Positions 8,562 through 19,946 of a stretch of DNA of 64,000 nt are shown piece by piece. This stretch comes from an uncultured Flavobacteriales bacterium. Its GTDB lineage: Bacteria; Bacteroidota; Bacteroidia; Flavobacteriales; UBA1820. Under the pieces are notes generated by a model. The model had not been told where the DNA came from. It searched no databases and worked only from the letters and a program-made list of their open reading frames with translations. Where the stretch lies: NCBI GenBank assembly GCA_902462305.1, contig CABQBC010000001.1, positions 52,561 to 116,560 on the forward strand, given 5' to 3'. Within the stretch, counting starts at the first letter, position 1. Every line of letters begins with the position of its first letter. The translations under genes and the position numbers were made by a program.

Positions 8562-9431
8562 TTATATTTTTTCCAAAGACACTCCGAAATCGCGCACCAG
8601 TATCCTTTCGGTCTGCATGAACAGCCAGTCCTTATTCCTGTGCGAAGCGGCGAAATCGCGTATCCTGAAATGGCGGTTTCCCTTGTACACCAATCCGCTG
8701 CCGCGCTCCTTTTCCGGGAACAGTGCATCACATTGTTGCGAAGCGGCCTTCTCGGCATTTTTCAGAAGCGGACGCAGAAATATATTGGCCAAAGGATCGA
8801 ACCACTTGCCCATCGTTATCATATCGGTATTCACCACTCCTGGATCGTACGCATTCACCACCACGGAATCGGAACCTTTCAGCCGTTCGGCAAGACTCTG
8901 GGTAAACATCATCAGCGCAAGTTTCGAGCAGGCATAAGTGCGTAACCGTCTGAAACCTTCTTCCTTAGGAGTAAAGAAATCTTTTTCCACCCGTCCCAGT
9001 TTTGCCATAACGGAAACCGTATTCATAATCCTCGACAACCCTTCCGAACGCTTGAGTATAGGCATCATAAGACGAGTGAGCAGGTATGTGCCGATGTAAT
9101 TGACACCCACCGTCGTTTCAAAACCATCGGCAGTAGTCGAAAAACCACGGCTTATAACACCCGCATTGTTTACCAACGCACGTACATTATACCCTTTTTC
9201 ATCCACCTGGCGCACGAAATTCTTTATCGACTCGAACGACGACAAATCAAGTTCGAAAAGACGCATGTCCCGGTTCGACGTAATATATTTCACATCCTCG
9301 AATATCGGGGAGGCTTTCTCCATATTGCGGCATGCCATTATCACGCCGTAATCCATATCTGCCAGCAGTTCGGCCAAATTACGCCCTATGCCTCCGCTGG
9401 CTCCCGTTATTATTATCCAGTTAGTGTTCAT
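8562..9431 (-). CDS. SDR-family oxidoreductase (candidate hydroxysteroid dehydrogenase, last gene of the steroid operon)
   Basis: 289 aa with TGASGGIG cofactor motif, NNAG and a YACSK (YxxxK) catalytic motif. The start overlaps the upstream SDR stop by 11 nt. Confidence 0.9.
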   Translation of the reverse strand: MNTNWIIITGASGGIGRNLAELLADMDYGVIMACRNMEKASPIFEDVKYITSNRDMRLFELDLSSFESIKNFVRQVDEKGYNVRALVNNAGVISRGFSTTADGFETTVGVNYIGTYLLTRLMMPILKRSEGLSRIMNTVSVMAKLGRVEKDFFTPKEEGFRRLRTYACSKLALMMFTQSLAERLKGSDSVVVNAYDPGVVNTDMITMGKWFDPLANIFLRPLLKNAEKAASQQCDALFPEKERGSGLVYKGNRHFRIRDFAASHRNKDWLFMQTERILVRDFGVSLEKI

Positions 9432-10227
9432 ATTCAGACAACCTATTCTTTAAGGCCCGGATTAGAAAACCGGGCATTACCGCCATAACGGGCACGAACA
9501 ATTTGTTCATAAGCCCCGGCACTATAATTTCCCTGCGCGCGAACATAGCACGCAAGGCCTTTTTAACCAACCGCTCCGGAGTACACAGAACCCCTAGCCT
9601 CACCCCCAGCCTTTGGTAACGCGGGGCCAATCCGTACAAACCGGTGGATACGCCGCCGGGACACACGGCCGTGACCCCCACCCCGAAAGGCTTCATCTCA
9701 TGGTGCATGGCACGCGAAAAATTGCGGATATAAACCTTTGTCGCCCCGTAAAGCGCTATACCCGGAACCGGCATCCATGCAGATAACGACGACATGTTGA
9801 GGATATATCCCCTTCCCCTGTTTTTCATTCCGGAGCCGAACAACCTGCACAACATAGTCACGGTATTCATATGCAGGACCATCATCGTTTCAAGCCTTTG
9901 CGGGGAAGTATCGACTATATCGTTGAAAATGAACACTCCGGCATTGTTTATCAGTATATCAACCGTTATCCCGTTTTCTATGCAATACGAAAAAAGACGC
10001 TCTGCCGCATCCGCCACGGCCAAATCGAGGCACAAAGGTACGGCTTTTATCCCAAATTCTTTCTCTATGGCACAAACACAGGCTTCAAGCTGTTCTTTCT
10101 GGTTGCTAACCGCCAGCAAATCGTACCCCATGGAAGCCAACTGCCGTGCATACTCCAGGCCTATACCGCTGCTTGCACCGGTCACAAGGGCAAATCCGCG
10201 TGTGTTCAATCCTGTTTCCCGTGACAT
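9421..10227 (-). CDS. SDR-family oxidoreductase (candidate hydroxysteroid dehydrogenase)
   Basis: TGASSGIG, NNAG and YGATK motifs. I moved the start to MSRETGL (10227) because the 42-codon extension in the ORF track overlaps the upstream gene and looks non-coding. Confidence 0.85.
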   Translation of the reverse strand: MSRETGLNTRGFALVTGASSGIGLEYARQLASMGYDLLAVSNQKEQLEACVCAIEKEFGIKAVPLCLDLAVADAAERLFSYCIENGITVDILINNAGVFIFNDIVDTSPQRLETMMVLHMNTVTMLCRLFGSGMKNRGRGYILNMSSLSAWMPVPGIALYGATKVYIRNFSRAMHHEMKPFGVGVTAVCPGGVSTGLYGLAPRYQRLGVRLGVLCTPERLVKKALRAMFARREIIVPGLMNKLFVPVMAVMPGFLIRALKNRLSEYEH

Positions 10228-11498
10228 TCCCTTTCCCTTATTTTGTCCAACTCGCGCACAATACCGGCCGGAAGGTCCTTCATATGGCGGTGACATGCCA
10301 TCTCCAACGTGTACATCCTCGCTATGCAGTAATTCGTATGGTCGCACGTGCACCGCGCGTTTTCCTCGCGCGCCATGCGGTTTACAAAATCAGGTTCGTT
10401 GACCAACGCACGAGCCATCGACACCAGTTCAAAGCCCTCGCCGAGTACCTGGTCTATTTTTTCTCTGGAAACAAGCCCTCCGACATACACAAGAGGCAGT
10501 TTCAGGTTTTTACGGAAAATACGCGCATCGTCGAGAAAATAAGCCTCGCGGAAAGGAGCTTCCGGTATCATCATACGGCCGAACATCCTCACACCGTACT
10601 TTAGCCACCAACAATCCATGTAATGGGTCATCGTATGCAAAGGCATCTCACCGCGCATGACGTACATAGGAGCGCGGCTGACAAAGCCTCCGCTCAGAAT
10701 CACGGCATGCACACCGCTGCGCTCTATCTCACGTGCTATAACCAAAGCCTCGTCGATATCCACTCCGCCTTTGAAGCCATCCCTCATGTTTGTTTTAACC
10801 AACACTGCCATATCGTCGCCGGCCGCTTCCATAACCTGAGATAGCACCATTTTCATAAACCGCATGCGGTTTTCAAGACTGCCTCCGTATTCGTCCCACC
10901 GGCGGTTGGTGTACGGGCTGAGGAACTGACTTATCAGGTATCCGTGGCCCGCATGTATCTCGACCGCATCGAAACCGGCCTCACGCGCCAGACGTACGGC
11001 ATCGCCGAACGAACGCGCCATACGGACTATCTCGTCCTTTTTCATCCCGCGGACTATCGTAGGCGAATATATATTGAATCCCGACGAAGCGGAAATGGGC
11101 GTTACCCCGCATACGCTGCGGTGCGACATATTTCCGCAATGCCCCAGTTGTATCGAGGCGGCAGCCCCCTCGCGGTGAATGGCATCGGTAATGCGGCGCA
11201 GTCCGGGAATTATCTCCGGGCGCATCCAAAGCTGGCGTTTGAACGACAAGCCGCTCTGTTCCACCGCCGCATAAGCCAGAGTGGTCATACCTATGCCCCC
11301 GGCAGCCACGCTGCGGTGGTATTCGTACAACATATCGGAAGGTGAATTGCCGGGTGCCATACTTTCGAAGGCGGCGGCCCGTATAGTACGGTTGCGAAGC
11401 GTCAGAGGACCTATTTTATACGGAGTGAACAGCAGTGATGTTTTGCTATCTCCGTTGCCGGCCTCCGCATTCGGATTCTCACAGTCTTTAATATTCAT
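10206..11498 (-). CDS. Old-Yellow-Enzyme family NADH:flavin oxidoreductase (candidate 3-oxo-steroid delta4 5-beta-reductase)
   Basis: 430 aa with a TIM-barrel OYE pattern (GFDAVEIHAGHGYLISQFLSP..N.R.DEYGGSLENR) and a C-terminal Cys-rich tail. Confidence 0.88.
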   Translation of the reverse strand: MNIKDCENPNAEAGNGDSKTSLLFTPYKIGPLTLRNRTIRAAAFESMAPGNSPSDMLYEYHRSVAAGGIGMTTLAYAAVEQSGLSFKRQLWMRPEIIPGLRRITDAIHREGAAASIQLGHCGNMSHRSVCGVTPISASSGFNIYSPTIVRGMKKDEIVRMARSFGDAVRLAREAGFDAVEIHAGHGYLISQFLSPYTNRRWDEYGGSLENRMRFMKMVLSQVMEAAGDDMAVLVKTNMRDGFKGGVDIDEALVIAREIERSGVHAVILSGGFVSRAPMYVMRGEMPLHTMTHYMDCWWLKYGVRMFGRMMIPEAPFREAYFLDDARIFRKNLKLPLVYVGGLVSREKIDQVLGEGFELVSMARALVNEPDFVNRMAREENARCTCDHTNYCIARMYTLEMACHRHMKDLPAGIVRELDKIRERECHGKQD

Positions 11499-11514
11499 AG
11501 TCGTCGCTAAAAAA

Positions 11515-12279
11515 TCAATATATAAAAGGTATTATCCTCTTGCGTTTTTCCTTTTTAAACTCATCGCCGAACATCTCGCCGTATTTCTTGTGTAATGCGG
11601 CCGCACGCGGAGCCAGGTTTGCAAATGTCCACCATGCGAATACCGCACCGGCCCACGACCATGTCATAACGGCAAAGCCCGTCCATTGCAACAGTTCACC
11701 GAAATAATTGGCCGAATTGACATAACGGAACAACCCTCCGCGTGGCAGGTAATGTCCCGTATCGCCCGGTTTCCTAAGCCCTCGTATCACCGAATCGGAA
11801 TGTATGTTCACAACCATTCCCGATGCGAACATCAACACCCCGACTATGAATTGCGGAGTGTAAAACCACGATACCGGATATCTGCCTTCGGGGCTGACGT
11901 AGAATATCCATCCGCCCTGCATCAGCGCATTGAGTACGTTGAATACCACCCCCATCAGTATTATCCCTACCGGCATACGCCCTTTTCCGCGTATCAAAAG
12001 CGGGAATATGAACGAACGCTGGAAGTAATGCAATTGGAAAAGAAGGAAAAAACAAAACGGGACGGCATCCCACCGGCGTCCGGAGTGCCACCATAGTATA
12101 CACATGGCTATGAAGACCGGGGATTCCATCAGCACCCAGCCCAGCCGGTTGTCCACCGAAGGGCCCCATTTTCCGTTAACGAACATACCGTAACCGGCTT
12201 TTACAAAGAAAAGGGCTATGAAAACAACGAATGCCATACCCGTCATAACCCATAGGAAAATATCGAAAGCGTGTGCCAT
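11515..12279 (-). CDS. 3-oxo-5-alpha-steroid 4-dehydrogenase (steroid 5-alpha-reductase, SRD5A family)
   Basis: 254-aa polytopic ORF. NIHSDSVIRGLRKPGDTGHYLPRGGLFRYVNSANYFGELLQWTGFAVMTWSW...IIPFIY matches my recollection of the conserved C-terminal half of human SRD5A1/2. Confidence 0.92.
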   Translation of the reverse strand: MAHAFDIFLWVMTGMAFVVFIALFFVKAGYGMFVNGKWGPSVDNRLGWVLMESPVFIAMCILWWHSGRRWDAVPFCFFLLFQLHYFQRSFIFPLLIRGKGRMPVGIILMGVVFNVLNALMQGGWIFYVSPEGRYPVSWFYTPQFIVGVLMFASGMVVNIHSDSVIRGLRKPGDTGHYLPRGGLFRYVNSANYFGELLQWTGFAVMTWSWAGAVFAWWTFANLAPRAAALHKKYGEMFGDEFKKEKRKRIIPFIY

Positions 12280-12302
12280 CCCTTACATAATCCTGTTGTT
12301 AG

Positions 12303-13256
12303 CTAATATTCCAATTTGACGTTGTCCACCCAAAGTGAGTTTCCGAGCGAACCCATATAAGCCCCCAACGAACCGGACGAAAACATCAGTATGATATGTG
12401 TAGGCGTTTCATCGGCTTCTCCCCACGCCACTTCCTGTATAGGGACCATCTTGCCTTTGCTGTTCATGGCGTAAAAAGCGTTCTCTCCGTTGGCAAAAGA
12501 CATGCCGTCGTGATATTTACCGCTTTTGGTAGCGTCCCCGTATATCAGTTCCAGACGATGTCCGTCAACCCATCCGTCAGTAGAGTGGGCGAAACGCTCG
12601 CTGGCCGATGCTATACGGTGTGAAAATATATTTCCGTTTTTATCTTCCCAGCGTTTTTGCAGGAATACGAATACCTCGGCCTTGTCGCGGCCTTTCACTT
12701 TTTCGGGAGCGCTCCCCGTTGCACGCGTTACAAGCGTGTCTTCGGATATTTTAGCCTTGTAGTCGAAGACAACGGCTTTGGGCCGGCCCGTAAAAGGCAT
12801 GCCCATGTTTATCTTTCCATAGGGGTTGCTCGTACCGCGTATGGGCTCCATAGTCTCGCCCAGAAATACACTTCCGGAAGCCAGTACAGTGATGTTGACC
12901 ATGCCGAGCACTTTACACGTTTCTAGTTTGGTGTCCATCCTGACACAATAGCCTTTACCGCGTTTTTCCGGGAAAACGGTAACCGATGTCTTGACAACAC
13001 CGGCTACTTTGGCCATCACGTTCGACGAGGCCCAGGGCGAACCTCCGGCATTACGGTACGGTTCCGCGCCTTTTATGGTATCCGACGGAGCTATTGCATA
13101 CACGTCGACCGTTTTTCCTCCTATCACGAACGATTCTTTTATCTGGCGTACCACCCAGTTTTCAAAATTGCCGAAAGGGATTTCTTTCTTTACAGTTTCC
13201 TGGCAAAACGCCGCCTGAAAAAATAGGAGCGCAATTATCAACATCGTTTTTCCCAT
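12303..13256 (-). CDS. Secreted PCMD-domain protein (putative carbohydrate-metabolism-domain family), first gene of the steroid operon
   Basis: Start set at MGKTMLIIALLFFQAAFCQ (signal peptide). The C-terminal ...LWVDNVKLEY is paralogous to the end of 42072-43202 (...LLLVDNVKLNY). The stop lies 23 nt upstream of the 5-alpha-reductase ATG. Confidence 0.75.
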   Translation of the reverse strand: MGKTMLIIALLFFQAAFCQETVKKEIPFGNFENWVVRQIKESFVIGGKTVDVYAIAPSDTIKGAEPYRNAGGSPWASSNVMAKVAGVVKTSVTVFPEKRGKGYCVRMDTKLETCKVLGMVNITVLASGSVFLGETMEPIRGTSNPYGKINMGMPFTGRPKAVVFDYKAKISEDTLVTRATGSAPEKVKGRDKAEVFVFLQKRWEDKNGNIFSHRIASASERFAHSTDGWVDGHRLELIYGDATKSGKYHDGMSFANGENAFYAMNSKGKMVPIQEVAWGEADETPTHIILMFSSGSLGAYMGSLGNSLWVDNVKLEY

Positions 13257-13360
13257 ATCAAATTCTCTAAGCCAAAGCACATCCTCACCGAATGTTTACT
13301 TTAAATTAAACTTTTCATAAAATTATGTAAATATAAACATTATTGGCGAATTGTAAATAC

Positions 13361-13390
13361 AAAAAAAGTCGCCCCAAAGGACGACTTTAT
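13361..13390 (-). terminator. gyrB terminator
   Basis: The minus strand reads AAAGTCGTCCTTTGGGGCGACTTTTTTT, about 20 nt after the gyrB stop. Confidence 0.7.
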
Positions 13391-13411
13391 GTTCTGAATC
13401 TCGCTTTTTTA

Positions 13412-15373
<1,962 letters not shown>

Positions 15374-15443
15374 CTATAATTTATTCGTTAAATCCTGTTT
15401 CCGGCCATATTACACATGCTTCGGGCCTTAATTCCAAGATATA

Positions 15444-15451
15444 CAAAGGTA
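15444..15451 (-). promoter_or_regulatory. Candidate -7 promoter box (TACCTTTG on the minus strand) for gyrB
   Basis: Plus-strand CAAAGGTA fits TAnnTTTG on the minus strand, about 85 nt upstream of the gyrB ATG. Confidence 0.3.
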
Positions 15452-15693
15452 GTGATTTTTATCCAAACAACAGCCATATTTTATCAGCGAACACTGCGTT
15501 GGGCAAACTATCCTCCGATCAGTCCGGCAGGATGCGCCCGGCCTGCCGAAAGGCATGACAGCCGGAATGAAAAGGAGCGGAGACATACCTGACAAACTGC
15601 CCGAGGCAGGCTACAAACAACTGTCACAGGCGGAATAAGGATTTTATTCTCCATCCCGGCACATGCATATAGACCTAAGAAGGATTATTTGCT

Positions 15694-15701
15694 TAACTTT
15701 G
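15694..15701 (+). promoter_or_regulatory. Candidate -7 promoter box TAACTTTG
   Basis: Fits TAnnTTTG and ends 22 nt upstream of the ATG at 15724. Confidence 0.4.
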
Positions 15702-15723
15702 CAGCTTCAAAACACATAAACAT

Positions 15724-16953
15724 ATGAGCAAAGGCATTCCGGAGGGGAACTTTCTTATGACCGCCAAAACGTTCTACGGGCTGGAGGAAACACTGGCAGA
15801 AGAACTGCGGGCACTCGGCGCAATGCGTGTCGAAGCTGGCAGGCGTGCCGTATCGTTCTATGGCGACAAAGGCTTTTTATACAAAGCAAACCTCAACCTG
15901 CGCACGGCTCTTTCCGTACTGGTACCGCTGAAGACAGAAAAAATATTCAACGAGACACAGCTTTACAAAGCAGTTTACAACATCCCATGGGAGCGGTACA
16001 TGAGCGCGAAAGACACTTTGTCGGTCGATGCGACGGTCAACTCCGGAAAATTCACCAACAGCCACTACGTAGCCCTGAAGACCAAGGACGCGGTTGTGGA
16101 CCGCATACGCGACAAGATGAACGCCCGGCCCAGTGTGGACCGCGACCATCCCACTCTGCGGATAAACATACACATCAGCGACCTTACGATGACCGTTTCG
16201 CTGGACAGTTCTCTCGGGTTACACAAGCGGGGATACCGCACCGCCACCAATATGGCGCCGATAAACGAAGTTTTGGCCGCAGGGCTCGTGATGCTATCCG
16301 GATGGAAAGGAGGCAGCAATTTTATCGACCCGATGTGCGGGTCGGGGACGATACTTATAGAAGCGGCAATGATAGCGGCGAATATCCCGGCCGGTATAAA
16401 CAAAAAGGAATTCGGTTTTGAAAAATGGAGGGATTTCGATCCTGAACTGTTCGAGAAAATGCGCGAGATATCACTGAAAAAAATGCGCGAACCAGGCATA
16501 AAAATACTGGGATTCGACAAGTCGCCTTCCGCCATAGCCAAAGCGCGCGAAAATATCAAAGCCGCCGGACTGGAAGATTTTATAAAGACAGACCGCCAGG
16601 ACTTTTTCCATTCCCGCCGCCCGGAGGAGGGACGGTGGACTCTCATGTTCAACCCACCGTACGGAGAACGCCTGGACAGGATAGAAGTCGAGAAATTCTA
16701 CAAACAAATAGGCGACACCCTGAAAAACAATTATCAGGACACATCGGCATGGATGATAACTGCATCGCGCGAAGGGCTGAAATCCATGGGGCTGCGCACC
16801 AGCCGCAGCATACCCCTTATGAACGCCAACCTTGAGAGCCGCTTTGTCAAATACGAAATGTACGCCGGAACGCGGAAAATCCGCAAAGACGAAAACGGCA
16901 ACACCTCCGACAGTGCCGAAAAAGGCAGCCCTGATAATGCCCCCGAAGCATAA
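15724..16953 (+). CDS. THUMP-domain class I SAM-dependent RNA methyltransferase (RlmL/YpsC-like)
   Basis: 409 aa with an N-terminal THUMP-like region, DPMCGSGT SAM motif and NPPYGERL catalytic motif. Confidence 0.9.
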   Translation: MSKGIPEGNFLMTAKTFYGLEETLAEELRALGAMRVEAGRRAVSFYGDKGFLYKANLNLRTALSVLVPLKTEKIFNETQLYKAVYNIPWERYMSAKDTLSVDATVNSGKFTNSHYVALKTKDAVVDRIRDKMNARPSVDRDHPTLRINIHISDLTMTVSLDSSLGLHKRGYRTATNMAPINEVLAAGLVMLSGWKGGSNFIDPMCGSGTILIEAAMIAANIPAGINKKEFGFEKWRDFDPELFEKMREISLKKMREPGIKILGFDKSPSAIAKARENIKAAGLEDFIKTDRQDFFHSRRPEEGRWTLMFNPPYGERLDRIEVEKFYKQIGDTLKNNYQDTSAWMITASREGLKSMGLRTSRSIPLMNANLESRFVKYEMYAGTRKIRKDENGNTSDSAEKGSPDNAPEA

Positions 16954-17002
16954 AGAACTTCCTGGAAGACGGCTGTATTTACAAAAACCGTCACCTGCAC
17001 AT

Positions 17003-17029
17003 AAAAAAACGCGCTTTGCGCGTTTTTTT
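17003..17029. terminator. Bidirectional rho-independent terminator
   Basis: AAAAAAACGCGC-TTT-GCGCGTTTTTTT between convergent genes. Confidence 0.8.
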
Positions 17030-17102
17030 ATAGCCGGACAAACCGGCGGCATCATCCGAGAAACTATGGCACGCGGAGCCCCGGTTGACGAACATATTCA
17101 GT

Positions 17103-17789
17103 TCAATCTTCGGTCTGTATTATGGACCCGCCCATAGTTGTCTTTCCGTCCAGTTTGGCCGTACCTTTGTAGCGCACCGTACCGCCCATGCTCACGCGGG
17201 CAATTATTTTTTCCGAAGCGTTGACATCGGCAGTACCGCCGGCGGTTATATTTACCTGAGCATTGTCGGCGTCGAAATCGTAACCGGAGAACTGTCCTCC
17301 AGTCTTTATGCCGACACTGAGCTGACGTCCGTCACCGCGAAGCTGTATCTGTCCGCCCGCAGCTATCGAAGCGCGTACCGTATCGGCTACCGCAGTCACC
17401 AGCACGAAACCTCCGGTCCCGGCGTCTATTTCCACTTTCGATCCGCGTATGAGCGAATCGCACACTATTTCACCGCCCTGCGAAGCATCGAAGTACGAAG
17501 GCGTCTTCGCGTAATACACCACTGCGCCGTATTCCTTGCTTCCGAGAGATTTCGTAGTTTTAAGACGCAGGGTGAGCCTGCCTTTGACATTTTTAACCAC
17601 CACGTTGTGCACATCGTCGCCCGTTATCTCCACTTTGTTTTCCTTTCCCGGAACAAGGCGCGCTTTTATCTTGTTAGACACATCGACCCTCGAAAAATCA
17701 TCCGGCCGGTAAATCATTTCCTGTGCGCAAACCCACACCGGGGAAAACATCACGACTGCAAGAGCGGCAGCCAATCTCATAAATTTCAT
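17103..17789 (-). CDS. DUF2807 / head-GIN-domain (beta-helix) secreted protein
   Basis: Start moved to MKFMRLAAALAVVMFSPVWVCAQ (signal peptide). It has repeated G.G.V.. beta-helix-like segments and ends GGSI. Confidence 0.75.
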   Translation of the reverse strand: MKFMRLAAALAVVMFSPVWVCAQEMIYRPDDFSRVDVSNKIKARLVPGKENKVEITGDDVHNVVVKNVKGRLTLRLKTTKSLGSKEYGAVVYYAKTPSYFDASQGGEIVCDSLIRGSKVEIDAGTGGFVLVTAVADTVRASIAAGGQIQLRGDGRQLSVGIKTGGQFSGYDFDADNAQVNITAGGTADVNASEKIIARVSMGGTVRYKGTAKLDGKTTMGGSIIQTED

Positions 17790-17955
17790 AACATCCGTGT
17801 TTTTGTATCTACCTGAAAACAAAAGTATGCATAAAACCGATACAACTGAGTAAAAAAACGGTCGATACGGCATCTTTCTTTCCGGCCGGCATAACGCCGA
17901 TACGGTGCTGTACGGCTTTATTCTCATTGACATCAACCGGAGTCAAGGACAGCGT

Positions 17956-19695
17956 TCATTCGGTAAGCACGTACAACGGCACGACGTTATCCACGTCATA
18001 CGCCCCGGTAGAATCGACAGATATTTCTATACGGTCGAACACTATGCGCACACCCGCCGTATCGCAGTATATAAGCGCGTTTTTACTCTCACGTGACAAT
18101 TCCCCGGAATAGCGCACCTTGGAGCCGTCGGCATTTACCGGCATACGGGAACGGACATACGAATTCATGTCGATTTTCACCAAATGCTCCCCGCCCGGCC
18201 GGCGCACTGTCAGGCTGTCATTGCCGAAACCGTATGTCCAACCTTTTTCCATTTCCGGAATGGAGCCTTCCACCGAATACCATGACAGCTTGTTCAATTC
18301 CCCGTAACCGGAAATGCATAACGGAATGCCGCTGTCCTGTTCCACAACAATATCGGAACTGTATACCGAGACCGTATCGTAATAATCGTTCAGTCCGTAA
18401 AGCGCATATTGCCTTACCGCCTCAGGAATGATCGTATCGGCCATACCGTAAGCGCTTTCAAACCCGTAACTCTCTTTCATATAATCCCGGCCCTTCTTTC
18501 CCGCCACATAAGCATAAGCGCCGAAAAGCTCCCTGTAATCATCCTTGTGCAGCGTATCGGCATCCGAATGCGCCTTTACCAGGCGTCCGTTTTCATCCGT
18601 CAGGCCGAGTTGCGCCGCCATACTTTCAAGACGCTCCGTCTGACTGTCCAGACCTATGTCGCGGGCCGATATGCCGGGCACGAATGTCAGTGCCGACAAC
18701 ACAGCTATCGACACCAACGATATGCGGCCGTAACTTCCGGCCGGAAAAATGAAACGGACCGCGTACAGCGTGGCCAAAAAACCGAGCGCCAGAAGGTAAA
18801 CCCGCGATTCTGTCATACCGTACTGGCCCACGCGGTACAACAGCCCCACCCAAAACATTGCCAAAAGCGGTAGCGATATAAGTCCGAACCATTTATAAAA
18901 CCATCCGAAATACTTGTTTTCCATAGCCGAACCGAACATGCCGCCTGCCGCTCCGGCTACCATGAACGCCGAAACCATGTATGCTACATTGCCTTTAGGC
19001 AATTCCCACGTCAATGCTATCTTAATGAAATAGACGTACATTATAGCCGTGTACACTACCAGCGCCGGCGATAGCACATAACCTACCACTATCCGCAAAA
19101 TACCGGAAAACACGCCCGCGTTTTCACCGTCGCTGCGAAGAAACGAGAAAAAAGCCCATGGCACGAGCACGAATCCGCAGAATGCCGCCGCATCTCCGTA
19201 GAATGAATACCCTAAATCTTGCAAGCCGAATATATACACCAAAGAGGCGTAAATCGATATCGCCGCCAGATACACCGTCAGCGACACCACGCATGCCGAG
19301 ACAAATGCCGATACCCTGTTCATCGCAACAATGGCAAAACGTTCGTTATTACGCGGCCATCCGGAGGACAACACAGCCAGCGCGGCAATGAATACCGAAC
19401 AGATGTAACCTTCGCTTCCGAACATTTCCATAGGCGATACGAAGAAAAATACCGAAGGGGGCAGGAACGAGACATAATAGGCAATACGAGCCCGGCCCTG
19501 CGGAAACAGACCGTTCAGCACGAACGACAACGCCATGGCATGAGGGAATATTTCAAGCACCTGATACAGCCTCCCCCTTTCCTCGGAAGCTATCATGTAC
19601 AACAGAAAAAACACCAATCCCAACGACACCTCGACCGGGTGTTTTTTAAACGAGCGGGACATCCCGCCGGCAAGCAAGCCTGTTATTTTTATCAT
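17956..19695 (-). CDS. Large polytopic membrane protein with a C-terminal soluble domain (DUF4153-like)
   Basis: 579 aa. About 10 hydrophobic helices fill the first 340 aa, followed by a soluble tail. The family assignment is from memory and is weak. Confidence 0.65.
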   Translation of the reverse strand: MIKITGLLAGGMSRSFKKHPVEVSLGLVFFLLYMIASEERGRLYQVLEIFPHAMALSFVLNGLFPQGRARIAYYVSFLPPSVFFFVSPMEMFGSEGYICSVFIAALAVLSSGWPRNNERFAIVAMNRVSAFVSACVVSLTVYLAAISIYASLVYIFGLQDLGYSFYGDAAAFCGFVLVPWAFFSFLRSDGENAGVFSGILRIVVGYVLSPALVVYTAIMYVYFIKIALTWELPKGNVAYMVSAFMVAGAAGGMFGSAMENKYFGWFYKWFGLISLPLLAMFWVGLLYRVGQYGMTESRVYLLALGFLATLYAVRFIFPAGSYGRISLVSIAVLSALTFVPGISARDIGLDSQTERLESMAAQLGLTDENGRLVKAHSDADTLHKDDYRELFGAYAYVAGKKGRDYMKESYGFESAYGMADTIIPEAVRQYALYGLNDYYDTVSVYSSDIVVEQDSGIPLCISGYGELNKLSWYSVEGSIPEMEKGWTYGFGNDSLTVRRPGGEHLVKIDMNSYVRSRMPVNADGSKVRYSGELSRESKNALIYCDTAGVRIVFDRIEISVDSTGAYDVDNVVPLYVLTE

Positions 19696-19911
19696 AGCGA
19701 CAAGTTTTTCACGTTAAAACACAATCGTAAATATAAGAATTTTTACATCCGGCGGATATTTTATATATACTTATTTCTCCTTTGTCCTATACATTTACGG
19801 GCCATGGTCCGCGCAGGATTACGGACAATACTTCAGGCATCTTTATACCCGGCAGCCATTGAAGCCAACCTTGCAGTACAAAAGCGGCGCGGCAAACATT
19901 CCGGGAATGCG

Positions 19912-19919
19912 TATATTTG
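19912..19919 (+). promoter_or_regulatory. Candidate -7 promoter box TATATTTG for mtaB
   Basis: Fits TAnnTTTG. It overlaps the ORF-track start at 19917, which supports ATG 19947 as the real start. Confidence 0.45.
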
Positions 19920-19946
19920 CATTGCCATAAACGGCATATACACAAA

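Noticed and set aside
15480-15660. GC-rich structured stretch between the gyrB and methyltransferase promoters, considered as SRP/4.5S-like or another ncRNA, and a 27-codon ORF (MTAGMKRSGDIPDKLPEAGYKQLSQAE)
   Set aside because: It contains a GTCAGGT-like start on the minus strand but not the conserved SRP domain-IV sequence. The hairpins are short and imperfect and lack terminator U-tracts. Nothing supports the mini-ORF.
17790-17936. 49-codon N-terminal extension of the head-GIN/DUF2807 ORF, and the similar 42-codon extension of the second SDR (10228-10353)
   Set aside because: The internal starts give a canonical signal peptide (MKFMRLAAALAVV...) and the normal spacing before TGASSGIG. The extensions overlap upstream features and look non-coding.
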